From: Alphaproteobacteria bacterium
GTDB lineage: Bacteria > Pseudomonadota > Alphaproteobacteria > Rickettsiales > UBA3002
Assembly (NCBI GenBank): GCA_017302575.1
Contig: JAFLDD010000001.1
Coordinates: 777,988-841,987 of the forward strand
DNA length: 64,000 bases
Direction of reading: 5' to 3'
Shown here: positions 37,948 through 47,030 of the stretch, one piece after another
Position numbering within the stretch: position 1 is the first letter of the stretch
Layout: each line of letters starts with the position of its first letter
Translations under genes and position numbers: made by a program
The notes under the pieces: generated by a model
Told to the model about the DNA's origin: nothing
What the model saw: only the letters and a program-made list of their open reading frames with translations
Database searches by the model: none

Positions 37948-39400
37948 GTTTTTTCTTCAGGATATCGTTGAGGATGGCAGGGTTGGCCTTGCCACCCGTT
38001 GCCTTCATGACTTGGCCTACGAAGAAGCCGAACATTTTCTCTTTGCCCGATTTATACTCGGCAACTTTGTCTTGGTTGGCGGCAATCACTTCATCGATTG
38101 CTTTTTCAATCGCGCCCATGTCGGTCACTTGCACGAGACCTTCTTCTTCCACGATTTGTTTCGCGGGCTTGCCGGTTTCGAACATTCTTTCGAATACGGT
38201 TTTCGCGATTTTACCACTGATGGTGTTATCTTCAATCAATGCCAGCAGACCCGAAAGCTGCTCGGCGCTGATAGGTGACTCGGTGATTTCTTTGCCCAGT
38301 TTGTTCAAGCGACCAAACAATTCTACCGTCATCCAGTTGCTCGCCAACTTTGCGTCATGCTTCGCATTGACCAATACATCGAAATAATCGGCGGCTTCTT
38401 TCTCGGCAGAAATCACGCTCGCATCATAGGCCGATAAGCCCATTTTCTCGATGTAACGTGCTTTTTTCTCATCCGGCAATTCCGGCAGCGACTTCTTGAT
38501 GGTGTCGACATATTCCTGCGTCAGGATAAGCGGCAATAAATCAGGGTCTGGGAAATAGCGGTAATCATGCGCATCTTCTTTGCTACGCATGGTGCGGGTT
38601 TCACCATTATCAGGGTTGAACAAACGCGTTTCCTGATCGACCTTGCCACCGCTTTCGATGATTTCAACTTGGCGTGCCGCCTCGAACTCAATCGCTTTAA
38701 TCATGAAGCGTACGGAGTTCATGTTCTTGATTTCGCAACGCGTGCCAAACGCATCGCCCGGTTTACGCACGGAGACGTTCACGTCGGCACGCATGTTGCC
38801 TTTTTCGAGATCACCATCACAGGTGTCGAGATACATCAAGATCGTGCGGAGTTTTTTGAAATACGCTGCCGCCTCTTCTGGCGAGCGCATATCTGGCTCA
38901 CTCACGATTTCCATGAGCGCAACGCCCGAACGGTTCAAATCGATGAAGCTATGCTTAGGCGAATGTTCGTGCAGCGATTTACCCGCATCCTGCTCAAGGT
39001 GCAGGCGCGTGATGCCGATTTCGCGTGACGTGCCATCTGCAAGGTCAATGGTCAACGTGCCCTTACCAACGATGGGGTCGAGATATTGCGAAATCTGATA
39101 GCCTTGCGGCAAATCGGCGTAGAAATAATTCTTACGGTCGAACAGCGATGTTAGATTGATTTGCGCTTTCAGGCCAAGCCCCGTGCGCACTGCTTGCTCG
39201 ATACATTTTTCGTTGATGACGGGGAGCATTCCCGGCATCGCCGCATCGACAAAACTTACGTTCGCGTTGGGCTCGGAACCGAATTGCACGGCAGCACCGC
39301 TGAAGAGTTTCGAGTTCGAGGTGATTTGTGCGTGCACCTCAAGACCGAGAACCACTTCCCAATCACCCGTTTGGCCTTTGATGCGATATGGAGCGGTCAT
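37940..39400 (-). CDS. gatB: Asp/Glu-tRNA(Asn/Gln) amidotransferase subunit B
   Basis: ATG at 39400 ([26 protein letters not shown]), [10 protein letters not shown], and a C-terminal GatB/YqeY domain. Confidence 0.9.
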   Translation of the reverse strand: MTAPYRIKGQTGDWEVVLGLEVHAQITSNSKLFSGAAVQFGSEPNANVSFVDAAMPGMLPVINEKCIEQAVRTGLGLKAQINLTSLFDRKNYFYADLPQGYQISQYLDPIVGKGTLTIDLADGTSREIGITRLHLEQDAGKSLHEHSPKHSFIDLNRSGVALMEIVSEPDMRSPEEAAAYFKKLRTILMYLDTCDGDLEKGNMRADVNVSVRKPGDAFGTRCEIKNMNSVRFMIKAIEFEAARQVEIIESGGKVDQETRLFNPDNGETRTMRSKEDAHDYRYFPDPDLLPLILTQEYVDTIKKSLPELPDEKKARYIEKMGLSAYDASVISAEKEAADYFDVLVNAKHDAKLASNWMTVELFGRLNKLGKEITESPISAEQLSGLLALIEDNTISGKIAKTVFERMFETGKPAKQIVEEEGLVQVTDMGAIEKAIDEVIAANQDKVAEYKSGKEKMFGFFVGQVMKATGGKANPAILNDILKKKLS

Positions 39401-39401
39401 A

Positions 39402-40883
39402 TTAGTACCCCTCCGGTGCGCGGTTGAATCCTGCGGCGCTTTCAATCACGGCAGCAGCTTTGAACACGGTTTCTTCGTCGAACATACGACCGATGAGTTG
39501 CAGACCAAGCGGCAGACCGTCTGGTGAAAGACCCGTTGGCAAGGCAAGACCAGGCAGACCCGCGAGTGATGCTGGAATGGTAAAAGCGTCGTTGAGATAC
39601 ATGGCGACTGGATCGTCTTGGTTGTCACCAATTGCAAATGCGTCTGAAGGTGCGGTGGGCGTGAGAATCAAATCGCACTTCTTGAATGCTTCTTTGAAAT
39701 CATTCGCGATGAGTGCGCGCACGCGCTGTGCTTTTTTGTAATACGCGTCGTAATAACCTGCGCTGAGCACATAGGTGCCAATCAGAATGCGGCGCTTCAC
39801 TTCTGCACCAAAACCTGCGGCACGTGTTTTTTCATACATGTCGTTGAGGTTGTCACCATCATCCACCACGCGCAGGCCGTAACGCACGCCGTCGTATCGC
39901 GCGAGGTTGGAGGAACACTCGGCAGGTGCAATCACGTAATAGGTTGGCAGCGCATATTTGGTGTGCGGCAATGAAATCGGCACGATCTCAGCACCTGCAG
40001 CCTTCAGCATCGCTTCGCCTTTTTCCCACTCGGCGATGATGTCGGCGCGAATGCCGTCGATTTTATATTCTTTCGGAATACCGATTTTAAGGCCTTTCAC
40101 ACCCTGCCCCAGTACCGCTTCGAAATCTGGCACTGCCAGTTTCGCGCTGGTGGAATCTTTCGGGTCATGACCCGACATGGCCTTGAGCGAAATCGCTGCA
40201 TCGCGCACGGTGCGCGTCATTGGGCCTGCTTGGTCGAGCGAGCTTGCGAAGGCGATAATACCCCAGCGCGAGCAACGGCCATAGGTTGGCTTAATGCCCA
40301 CAATACCCGTAAATGCCGCAGGCTGGCGAATGGAGCCACCTGTATCCGTACCCGTTGCCATGTAGCCCAAGCGCGCCGCAACGGCTGCCGAAGAACCACC
40401 CGACGAACCACCGGGAACCAGTTGCTTCGCAGGTTCGGTTTTTGATTTCCATGGGTTAATTACATTGCCGTAGTGGCTGGTGATGTTCGCCGATCCCATG
40501 GCGAATTCGTCCATATTCGTTTTACCGAGCATCACCGCACCTTCTGCGAAAAGCTTGGTGGTCACGGTCGATTCATATTCAGGCTTGAAGCCCGTAAGAA
40601 TTTTTGATGCCGACTGCGAATTCACGCCCTTGGTGCAGAACAAATCTTTTACCCCGATGGGTAGTCCTTCTAATAAACCGACGTCACCTTTTGCACGCTT
40701 TTCGTCCGACGCTTTGGCCTGCGCAATTGCGATTTCAGGCGTGTGGTGAACATAGGCGTTCAATGCAGGATTATGTTTTTCAATCGCATCGAGATGCAGC
40801 TTGGTCAGCTCTACCGAGCTTACTTTTTTTGCGGCCAGCGCGTCACGCGCTTCGCTGAGCGACATATGTAATGGGCTGCTCAT
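39402..40883 (-). CDS. gatA: Asp/Glu-tRNA(Asn/Gln) amidotransferase subunit A
   Basis: Amidase signature [13 protein letters not shown] and the family core. Confidence 0.9.
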   Translation of the reverse strand: MSSPLHMSLSEARDALAAKKVSSVELTKLHLDAIEKHNPALNAYVHHTPEIAIAQAKASDEKRAKGDVGLLEGLPIGVKDLFCTKGVNSQSASKILTGFKPEYESTVTTKLFAEGAVMLGKTNMDEFAMGSANITSHYGNVINPWKSKTEPAKQLVPGGSSGGSSAAVAARLGYMATGTDTGGSIRQPAAFTGIVGIKPTYGRCSRWGIIAFASSLDQAGPMTRTVRDAAISLKAMSGHDPKDSTSAKLAVPDFEAVLGQGVKGLKIGIPKEYKIDGIRADIIAEWEKGEAMLKAAGAEIVPISLPHTKYALPTYYVIAPAECSSNLARYDGVRYGLRVVDDGDNLNDMYEKTRAAGFGAEVKRRILIGTYVLSAGYYDAYYKKAQRVRALIANDFKEAFKKCDLILTPTAPSDAFAIGDNQDDPVAMYLNDAFTIPASLAGLPGLALPTGLSPDGLPLGLQLIGRMFDEETVFKAAAVIESAAGFNRAPEGY

Positions 40884-41170
40884 TATTCAATCACCTTCGG
40901 TACGGTGAAACAGCCATACTCTGCACCCGTGGCGTTTTTCAGCACTTGCTGCTGGATATTACCATCCGTCACTTTGTCTTCGCGCCATGGCAAGGCTTGC
41001 TCGGAGATGCTGGCAAGCGGCGCGATATTGTCGGTGTTCACTTCGCCAAGCTGTTCGATCCATTTCAGGATGCCATTGATTTCTTTCGCATAATGCGACA
41101 CTTCCGCTTCGCTGAGGCGAATGCGTGCGAGCTTTGCGACATGGAGCATTTCTTTATCGGTGAGAGCCAT
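40883..41170 (-). CDS. gatC: Asp/Glu-tRNA(Asn/Gln) amidotransferase subunit C
   Basis: 95 aa with [14 protein letters not shown]. Directly upstream of gatA. Confidence 0.85.
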   Translation of the reverse strand: MALTDKEMLHVAKLARIRLSEAEVSHYAKEINGILKWIEQLGEVNTDNIAPLASISEQALPWREDKVTDGNIQQQVLKNATGAEYGCFTVPKVIE

Positions 41171-41222
41171 AGGTGGGCGGTTTTACTCTGGCTTTGCCTA
41201 AAAAAGCAAGTATTAGTGACGC

Positions 41223-41696
41223 ATGGCTTCTTATACCCATCAAATCCTTGAGTTTTTCGATGCCCTGCCAAGGCAGGGACGCCTGATATGCTTGGATGTG
41301 GGAGAAAAAACCATTGGCCTCGCCATGAGCGACGCTAGCCGCATGGTTGCCTCGCCCCTGCAACTGATTGAGCGCACCAAGTTCAGCAAAGATATCGCGA
41401 TCGTTTCCGAACATATCGCAGAACATGGTGTTTCTGGGGTGGTGATTGGCTATCCCGTAAATATGGACGGCTCCGAAGGGCCTAGATGCCAGTCCACCCG
41501 CCAGTTTGCGCGTGACATGGCTACGAAAGTTGCCCTGCCCACTCTGCTATGGGACGAGCGGCTTTCCACCGTCGCCGTGAACCGTATGATGATTGATGAA
41601 GCCGATTTAAGCCGTAAGCGCCGTGGTGAACTTGTCGATAAACTTGCCGCTACCTATATGCTTCAGGGCGTGCTGGATGCACTCGGAAATCACTAG
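41223..41696 (+). CDS. ruvX: YqgF/RuvX putative pre-16S rRNA nuclease
   Basis: CLDVGEKTIGLAMSD and GYPVNMDGSEGP motifs. Confidence 0.85.
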   Translation: MASYTHQILEFFDALPRQGRLICLDVGEKTIGLAMSDASRMVASPLQLIERTKFSKDIAIVSEHIAEHGVSGVVIGYPVNMDGSEGPRCQSTRQFARDMATKVALPTLLWDERLSTVAVNRMMIDEADLSRKRRGELVDKLAATYMLQGVLDALGNH

Positions 41697-41703
41697 TTGG
41701 CGC

Positions 41704-41780
41704 GAGGGGGTCTTACCCCCTCAGTGACTCCCCCGCCGCTTTCGCGGCTCGCGCAGCTTCGGCGCTACGCCGTTACAAGG
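41704..41780. repeat. GC-rich structured intergenic element, copy B
   Basis: Hairpin GAGGGGG-TCTTA-CCCCCTC followed by CTCCCCCGCCGCTTTCGCGGCTCGCGC...CTACGCCGTT. It shares order and core with 20380..20456. Confidence 0.35.
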
Positions 41781-41816
41781 TTTTACTTGCTAACCTAAAA
41801 TTTTGGCTGCTACGCT

Positions 41817-41850
41817 CGTGTGTATACGTACACGTACGCACGCACACGTG
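41817..41850. repeat. Perfect 34-nt alternating pyrimidine-purine tract (Z-DNA-prone) abutting the plsY ribosome-binding site
   Basis: CGTGTGTATACGTACACGTACGCACGCACACGTG, checked base by base. It contains nested palindromes GTATAC, TACGTA and CACGTG. Confidence 0.8.
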
Positions 41851-41863
41851 AGAGGACTAGAAA

Positions 41864-42469
41864 ATGGACGCGCTTAGTTTGATTGCAGCAATGGTGATTG
41901 CCTATCTGATTGGCAGTATTCCGTTTGGCGTGATTCTTTCCAAAATTTTTAAACTGCCTGACCCACGCAGCATAGGTTCAGGTAATATCGGCGCGACGAA
42001 TATGCTACGCACGGGCCGTAAGGACATTGCGGCGGCAACGCTCGCACTCGACATGCTCAAAGGTGTTGTCGCGGTTGCCGTCATGGATTCCACCGCGCCT
42101 TATGCTAGCGCACTAGCGGTGCTTGCTGCCGTGCTTGGGCATTGCTTCCCCGTGTGGCTACATTTCAAAGGCGGCAAAGGTGTAGCAACTATTCTGGGTG
42201 GCCTACTCGCCTTCTCGTGGTCCGTTGGATTTTTTACCCTGCTCATCTGGGTGGCGATGTTTTATTATAAACGCATCTCGTCACTCGCGGCGCTTACGGC
42301 ATTATCACTCACGCCATTTGCTGCCATGCTGAGTGGTGGCGGCGCATCTGCGCTGGTGATATTAATTGCAGTGTTGGTAGTAGTGGCAAACCATGCAGAT
42401 AATATGCGCCGACTGATTAATGGCACTGAACCTGTGTCGAACCTGTTTGGGAAAAAAGATGGTCAGTAA
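41864..42469 (+). CDS. plsY: Glycerol-3-phosphate acyltransferase PlsY
   Basis: GSGNIGATN motif, ~5 TM segments and FKGGKGVAT. Confidence 0.9.
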   Translation: MDALSLIAAMVIAYLIGSIPFGVILSKIFKLPDPRSIGSGNIGATNMLRTGRKDIAAATLALDMLKGVVAVAVMDSTAPYASALAVLAAVLGHCFPVWLHFKGGKGVATILGGLLAFSWSVGFFTLLIWVAMFYYKRISSLAALTALSLTPFAAMLSGGGASALVILIAVLVVVANHADNMRRLINGTEPVSNLFGKKDGQ

Positions 42470-43613
42470 TTTCATTCCCAACCCAACCCTGCGTGGCACG
42501 AACCCTGTCGATGCACTGCGCCTGATTCGTAGCGAGAATGTTGGGCCTGTGACGTTCTTCCACCTCGTGAAATATTGCGGTTCGGTGGCGAAAGCGCTCG
42601 AGATGGCGCCTGATATTAGTCGTCGTGGTGGTCGCAGCAAGGCGATTCGCATCGCTTCTAAAGCCGAGGCAGAGCGCGAGTTTGAAGCACTAACCGCATT
42701 TGGCGCACAGATAGTAATGTATGGCGAGGAATCATACCCACGCTTATTACAAGTCGTGAATGACGCGCCGCCAATTCTTACGGTGAAGGGCCATACACAT
42801 TTATGGAATCACGATAAGCTCATCGGTATTGTTGGGGCACGTAATGCTTCAGCGAATGGCTGCGCGTTTGCACGTAAATTAGCCAGCGATTTGGGTGAAG
42901 CGAAGTATACTATCATTTCTGGATTGGCGCGCGGGATTGACGCAGCAGCGCATCGTGGTTCATTGGCCACGGGAACTGTTGCGGTGATTGGCGGCGGGAT
43001 TGATAATATTTACCCACCAGAGAATGAAGTTTTGTATCATGAAATTGCTGAATCAGGCGCCATCATTTCTGAGTTGGCATTCGGCGCGAAGCCGCATGCG
43101 CGATCCTTCCCTTCACGCAACCGCATCATTGCGGGTATGACACGCGCCAGTGCCGTGATTGAAGCATCATTGAAATCCGGCTCGCTCATCACTGCACATT
43201 TTGCCAATGATTATGGCCGCGACGTATTTGCCGTTCCCGGCTCTCCCATGGATCCACGCTGCCATGGCACGAATCAACTGATTCGCGAAGGCGCGACCAT
43301 GCTTGAATCCGTACGAGATATTCTAAGCAACCTCTCGCCCCTAGAGGCGTTGCCATTGGCGGACAAAGAACCTTCAATGTTTGCCGAAAACACACTTGAT
43401 CCTGATTCGAGCTTGCTTGAAGAGGCACGCCGCGCTATTACCGCCGCGCTTTCGCCAAGCCCCACCTTGCTCGATGATGTGTTGGTGACAAGCGGTGTTT
43501 CGCCGCATTTGGTAATGGCGGTATTGTTGGAATTGGAACTGGCAGGAAAGCTGCAGCGCCATCCTGGTGCAAGGGTTAGTTTAATCGTTGGAGAGAATGT
43601 AAATCATGGTTAA
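42459..43613 (+). CDS. dprA: DNA processing protein DprA
   Basis: ATG at 42459. GLARGIDAAAHRG and the Rossmann-like core SRNRIIAG. Confidence 0.85.
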   Translation: MVSNFIPNPTLRGTNPVDALRLIRSENVGPVTFFHLVKYCGSVAKALEMAPDISRRGGRSKAIRIASKAEAEREFEALTAFGAQIVMYGEESYPRLLQVVNDAPPILTVKGHTHLWNHDKLIGIVGARNASANGCAFARKLASDLGEAKYTIISGLARGIDAAAHRGSLATGTVAVIGGGIDNIYPPENEVLYHEIAESGAIISELAFGAKPHARSFPSRNRIIAGMTRASAVIEASLKSGSLITAHFANDYGRDVFAVPGSPMDPRCHGTNQLIREGATMLESVRDILSNLSPLEALPLADKEPSMFAENTLDPDSSLLEEARRAITAALSPSPTLLDDVLVTSGVSPHLVMAVLLELELAGKLQRHPGARVSLIVGENVNHG

Positions 43614-46215
43614 GTCAGTAGTTGTTGTAGAGTCTCCCGCGAAAGCAAAGACCATTAATAAGTATCTCGGTGATGATTTCACGGTGCTTGCATCGTTCGG
43701 TCACGTACGTGATTTGCCATCGAAGGACGGAAGCGTACGCCCTGACGAAGACTTCGCCATGACCTATGAGGTGGACGGTGATTCCAAGAAGCCATTAGGC
43801 GCGATTAAAACAGCACTCAAAGGCGCAGACATCTTATATCTTGCGACTGACCCTGACCGCGAAGGTGAAGCGATTTCATGGCACGTGCTTGAAGCACTTA
43901 AAGAGAATAAATCACTCACTGCAAAAACGCAGGTACATCGCATTACCTTCAACGAAATCACCAAAAAGGCAGTGTTGGATGCGGTGGCACACCCACGCGA
44001 TATCGACATGGATTTGGTGAATGCGCAGCAGGCACGACGTGCGCTGGATTACCTCGTAGGCTTCACACTCTCGCCCGTGTTGTGGCGTAAGCTGCCTGGT
44101 TCGAAATCGGCGGGTCGCGTGCAATCGGTGGCACTGCGTTTGATTTGCGAACGCGAAGCGGAAATCGAGGTATTCGTGCCTCGCGAATATTGGGATGTGA
44201 CCGTGAATATGAACACGGCAGGTGGCGATAATTTCACCGCGAAACTGACCGAATATAAAGGTAAGAAGCTCGAGAAATTCAGCCTCACCACCGAAGCACA
44301 AGCCAAGGAAGTTGAAGGCACGCTGACGGGTGTTGCCTTCACCGTGATGAGCGTAACGCCTAAAACCATGCGCCGCCAACCCTATGCGCCATTTATGACC
44401 TCAACGTTGCAGATGGAAGGTGCGCGCAAATTAGGTTTTGGTGCGAAACGCACCATGCAAGTTGCGCAGAAACTGTATGAAAGCGGTTGGATTACCTACA
44501 TGCGTACCGACGGTATCACCGTATCGACGGATGCTGTCATGGCAGCGCGCGATTTGATCGGTAAAGAATATGGTGCGGAGTATGTTCCGCCATCGCCGCG
44601 CATGTATAAAACCAAATCCAAGAACGCTCAGGAAGCGCACGAAGCCATTCGCCCGACCGACTTGTCACGCACACCTGCTGCGGCGTTCCGCGAGTTGGAA
44701 GAAGAGCAAGCGCGCCTCTATGAACTCATCTGGAAGCGCATGATGGCGTCGCAAATGGAGGCGGCGGTTTATGACCAAGTGGCCGTAGAAATGCGCGATG
44801 GCTCGAAACAACATGCGTTGCGTGCGAATGGTTCGGTACTGAAATTTGATGGCTTCTTGTGCCTCTATCAAGAGACGATTGAGGAAGACCAAAAAGAGAA
44901 CGATAAAAAAAGCGATGAAGACGAAGCGGATGATAATTCGCAACGCCTGCCAGAAATGAAGGAAGGCGAGAACGTCACCACCAAGAAACTGGAAACACAC
45001 CAGCATTTCACCACGCCACCACCACGCTATTCGGAAGCATCACTCGTCAAACGTCTTGAGGAATTGGGCATTGGCCGCCCTTCTACTTATGCGTCGATTA
45101 TCTCGGTATTGATTGATCGCGGCTATGTCACGCTTGATAAGAAACGCTTCACCGCAGCATCGCTTGGTCGCATTGTGACGGCGTTCTTGATGTCATTCTT
45201 CGATCGTTATGTGGAGTATGATTTCACGGCAAATATGGAAGATACGCTCGATGAAATTGCCGATGGCGAAAAACAATGGAAAGAAGAGCTGCGTAAATTC
45301 TGGGTCGATTTCCATGCGCGCATTGAAGAAAGCAAGAAGCTCACCATCACGGAAGTGCTGGATCGTCTTGATACGTTGCTGGAGCCCATGATTTTCGGCA
45401 CGGGTGATGCGGCAGTTAAAGGCCGCGTTTGCCCAACCTGTAACACGGGTCGCCTTGGCCTTAAGACAGGCAAATTCGGTGCATTCCTTGGCTGCTCCAA
45501 CTATCCTGAGTGCGGCTTTACGCGCCAGCTCAGCGCAACGGGCGGTGAAGAGAAAAACGAAGACGGCACAGTCGTCGCTGCCATGGAATTCCCAAAGATT
45601 CTAGGTAATCACCCTGATAATGGCGAGGTGGTTTCGCTGCGCAAAGGCCCTTATGGTGTGTATGTGCAGTTGGGCGAATCGGCGAAGCCGCGCCGCACCA
45701 GTTTACCACGCGGCACACGCGCTGAGAACGTTACGCTTGAGATGGCATTATCACTGCTGCGGCTCCCACGCGAAGTCGGTGTGCACCCTGAGACTGGTGA
45801 GACCATCGTGGCGAATATCGGTCGTTTCGGCCCTTATATTCTGCACCAAGGGCGCTATGTGAACCTCAAAGGTGAGGACGATGTGTTGACCGTGGGCATG
45901 AACCGCGCCGTGACGCTTATTGCAGAAGCGGGTGAGAAGAAATCTGCCAAGGCGGAACCCTTGAAAGATTTGGGCGAACACCCTGAGTCTGGCGAGAAAA
46001 TTGTGGTGCTGAAGGGTAAGTATGGCCCTTACATCAAGTTCGCGAAGAAGAACATTACCGTTCCGAAAGGCACGGATATGGACAGCTTCACACTTGAAGA
46101 CGCAGTAAAACTGCTCCCAGCCGCGAAGCCTAAGAAAACGGCGGCGAAAAAGGCTACCACCACCAAGAAAGCTGCACCTGCTAAGAAGAAAGCACCCGCC
46201 AAGAAAAAGGCGTAA
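43606..46215 (+). CDS. topA: DNA topoisomerase I with a Lys/Ala-rich C-terminal tail
   Basis: TOPRIM VVVESPAKAKTINKYLG, active-site region ITYMRTD, and zinc ribbon CPTCNTGRL...CSNYPEC. The tail is AAKPKKTAAKKATTTKKAAPAKKKAPAKKKA. Confidence 0.95.
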   Translation: MVKSVVVVESPAKAKTINKYLGDDFTVLASFGHVRDLPSKDGSVRPDEDFAMTYEVDGDSKKPLGAIKTALKGADILYLATDPDREGEAISWHVLEALKENKSLTAKTQVHRITFNEITKKAVLDAVAHPRDIDMDLVNAQQARRALDYLVGFTLSPVLWRKLPGSKSAGRVQSVALRLICEREAEIEVFVPREYWDVTVNMNTAGGDNFTAKLTEYKGKKLEKFSLTTEAQAKEVEGTLTGVAFTVMSVTPKTMRRQPYAPFMTSTLQMEGARKLGFGAKRTMQVAQKLYESGWITYMRTDGITVSTDAVMAARDLIGKEYGAEYVPPSPRMYKTKSKNAQEAHEAIRPTDLSRTPAAAFRELEEEQARLYELIWKRMMASQMEAAVYDQVAVEMRDGSKQHALRANGSVLKFDGFLCLYQETIEEDQKENDKKSDEDEADDNSQRLPEMKEGENVTTKKLETHQHFTTPPPRYSEASLVKRLEELGIGRPSTYASIISVLIDRGYVTLDKKRFTAASLGRIVTAFLMSFFDRYVEYDFTANMEDTLDEIADGEKQWKEELRKFWVDFHARIEESKKLTITEVLDRLDTLLEPMIFGTGDAAVKGRVCPTCNTGRLGLKTGKFGAFLGCSNYPECGFTRQLSATGGEEKNEDGTVVAAMEFPKILGNHPDNGEVVSLRKGPYGVYVQLGESAKPRRTSLPRGTRAENVTLEMALSLLRLPREVGVHPETGETIVANIGRFGPYILHQGRYVNLKGEDDVLTVGMNRAVTLIAEAGEKKSAKAEPLKDLGEHPESGEKIVVLKGKYGPYIKFAKKNITVPKGTDMDSFTLEDAVKLLPAAKPKKTAAKKATTTKKAAPAKKKAPAKKKA

Positions 46216-46319
46216 GTTTAGGTGCATGTCGGCTACACCGCCTAAAAGCTGTGGGTCTGCTGTGCATTTCATGCATGAATTCCTTGATTATTGGCGGCTG
46301 TGCCCTAGAAATAGCCTTC

Positions 46320-46637
46320 ATGAGCCAGACACGCGCTAAAATCTACCAGCCGGCGAAAACGGCAATGCAATCGGGAAAAGCCAAGGATTTTTGGCTGCTC
46401 GAGTATGTAGCGGTTATTCCCGCAACGCCTGAACCACTCATGGGTTGGAACACGCAAGGCGATACGCGAGAGCAAATCAAGCTGAAGTTTGAAACGAAAG
46501 AACAAGCGGTTGCCTATGCTAAGGCAAAGAACATCGCTTACGAGATCTTGCAGCCGCACATTCGTAAAACACCGCCGAAGGCCTATGCCGCGAACTTTGC
46601 CAATGGCCGCCGCCGCGCGTACGACCAAGGTGCATAA
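46320..46637 (+). CDS. ETC complex I NDUFS4-like conserved protein
   Basis: ATG at 46320. AKIYQPAKTAMQSGKAKDFWLLEY...PLMGWNTQGDT resembles the NDUFS4/AQDQ family found in Alphaproteobacteria. Confidence 0.6.
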   Translation: MSQTRAKIYQPAKTAMQSGKAKDFWLLEYVAVIPATPEPLMGWNTQGDTREQIKLKFETKEQAVAYAKAKNIAYEILQPHIRKTPPKAYAANFANGRRRAYDQGA

Positions 46638-46709
46638 GCCTCAGCTTTCTCCAAAAAATGAATTGCTTAGCCACGGCTGTCACAAAACTGTAATAATTCT
46701 CTCGTATCA

Positions 46710-46718
46710 TGCTATAAT
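46710..46718 (+). promoter_or_regulatory. Extended -10 promoter (TGcTATAAT) for the 46737..48893 operon
   Basis: TG at 46710..46711 and a perfect TATAAT at 46713..46718. AAGG lies 8 nt before the ATG at 46737. Confidence 0.4.
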
Positions 46719-46736
46719 GCGTCTTAAGGTATTGTT

Positions 46737-47021
46737 ATGAAGCGTTTTACAGTTCCATGCGATTTTAACGGGGTGAAACACCCCTTCCACGTCTATATCG
46801 GTGAGCCTAACCCTAAGAAGCACCCACTGCAGTTTCAAGCATGGTGGCTTTCTTCCGAGCGCGGCGGCACCATTCCGCAAGACGTGATGGATAGCTTCGA
46901 GAAACTCTTCAAGATTTCGCAAGAGAACAATGTATCGTTTGAAGACTTGTGTGTGTACGCATTGGGCGCAGCACAGCAAGAAGGCGCAGGCGGTGCAGCA
47001 GGTGCACCACCGAAGAAATAG
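46737..47021 (+). CDS. Small hypothetical protein (94 aa), first gene of a two-gene operon next to the T4SS island
   Basis: No signal peptide or TM segment. Has a G/A-rich tail. It ends 9 nt upstream of the 620-aa gene. Confidence 0.5.
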   Translation: MKRFTVPCDFNGVKHPFHVYIGEPNPKKHPLQFQAWWLSSERGGTIPQDVMDSFEKLFKISQENNVSFEDLCVYALGAAQQEGAGGAAGAPPKK

Positions 47022-47030
47022 TGAGGCCAG

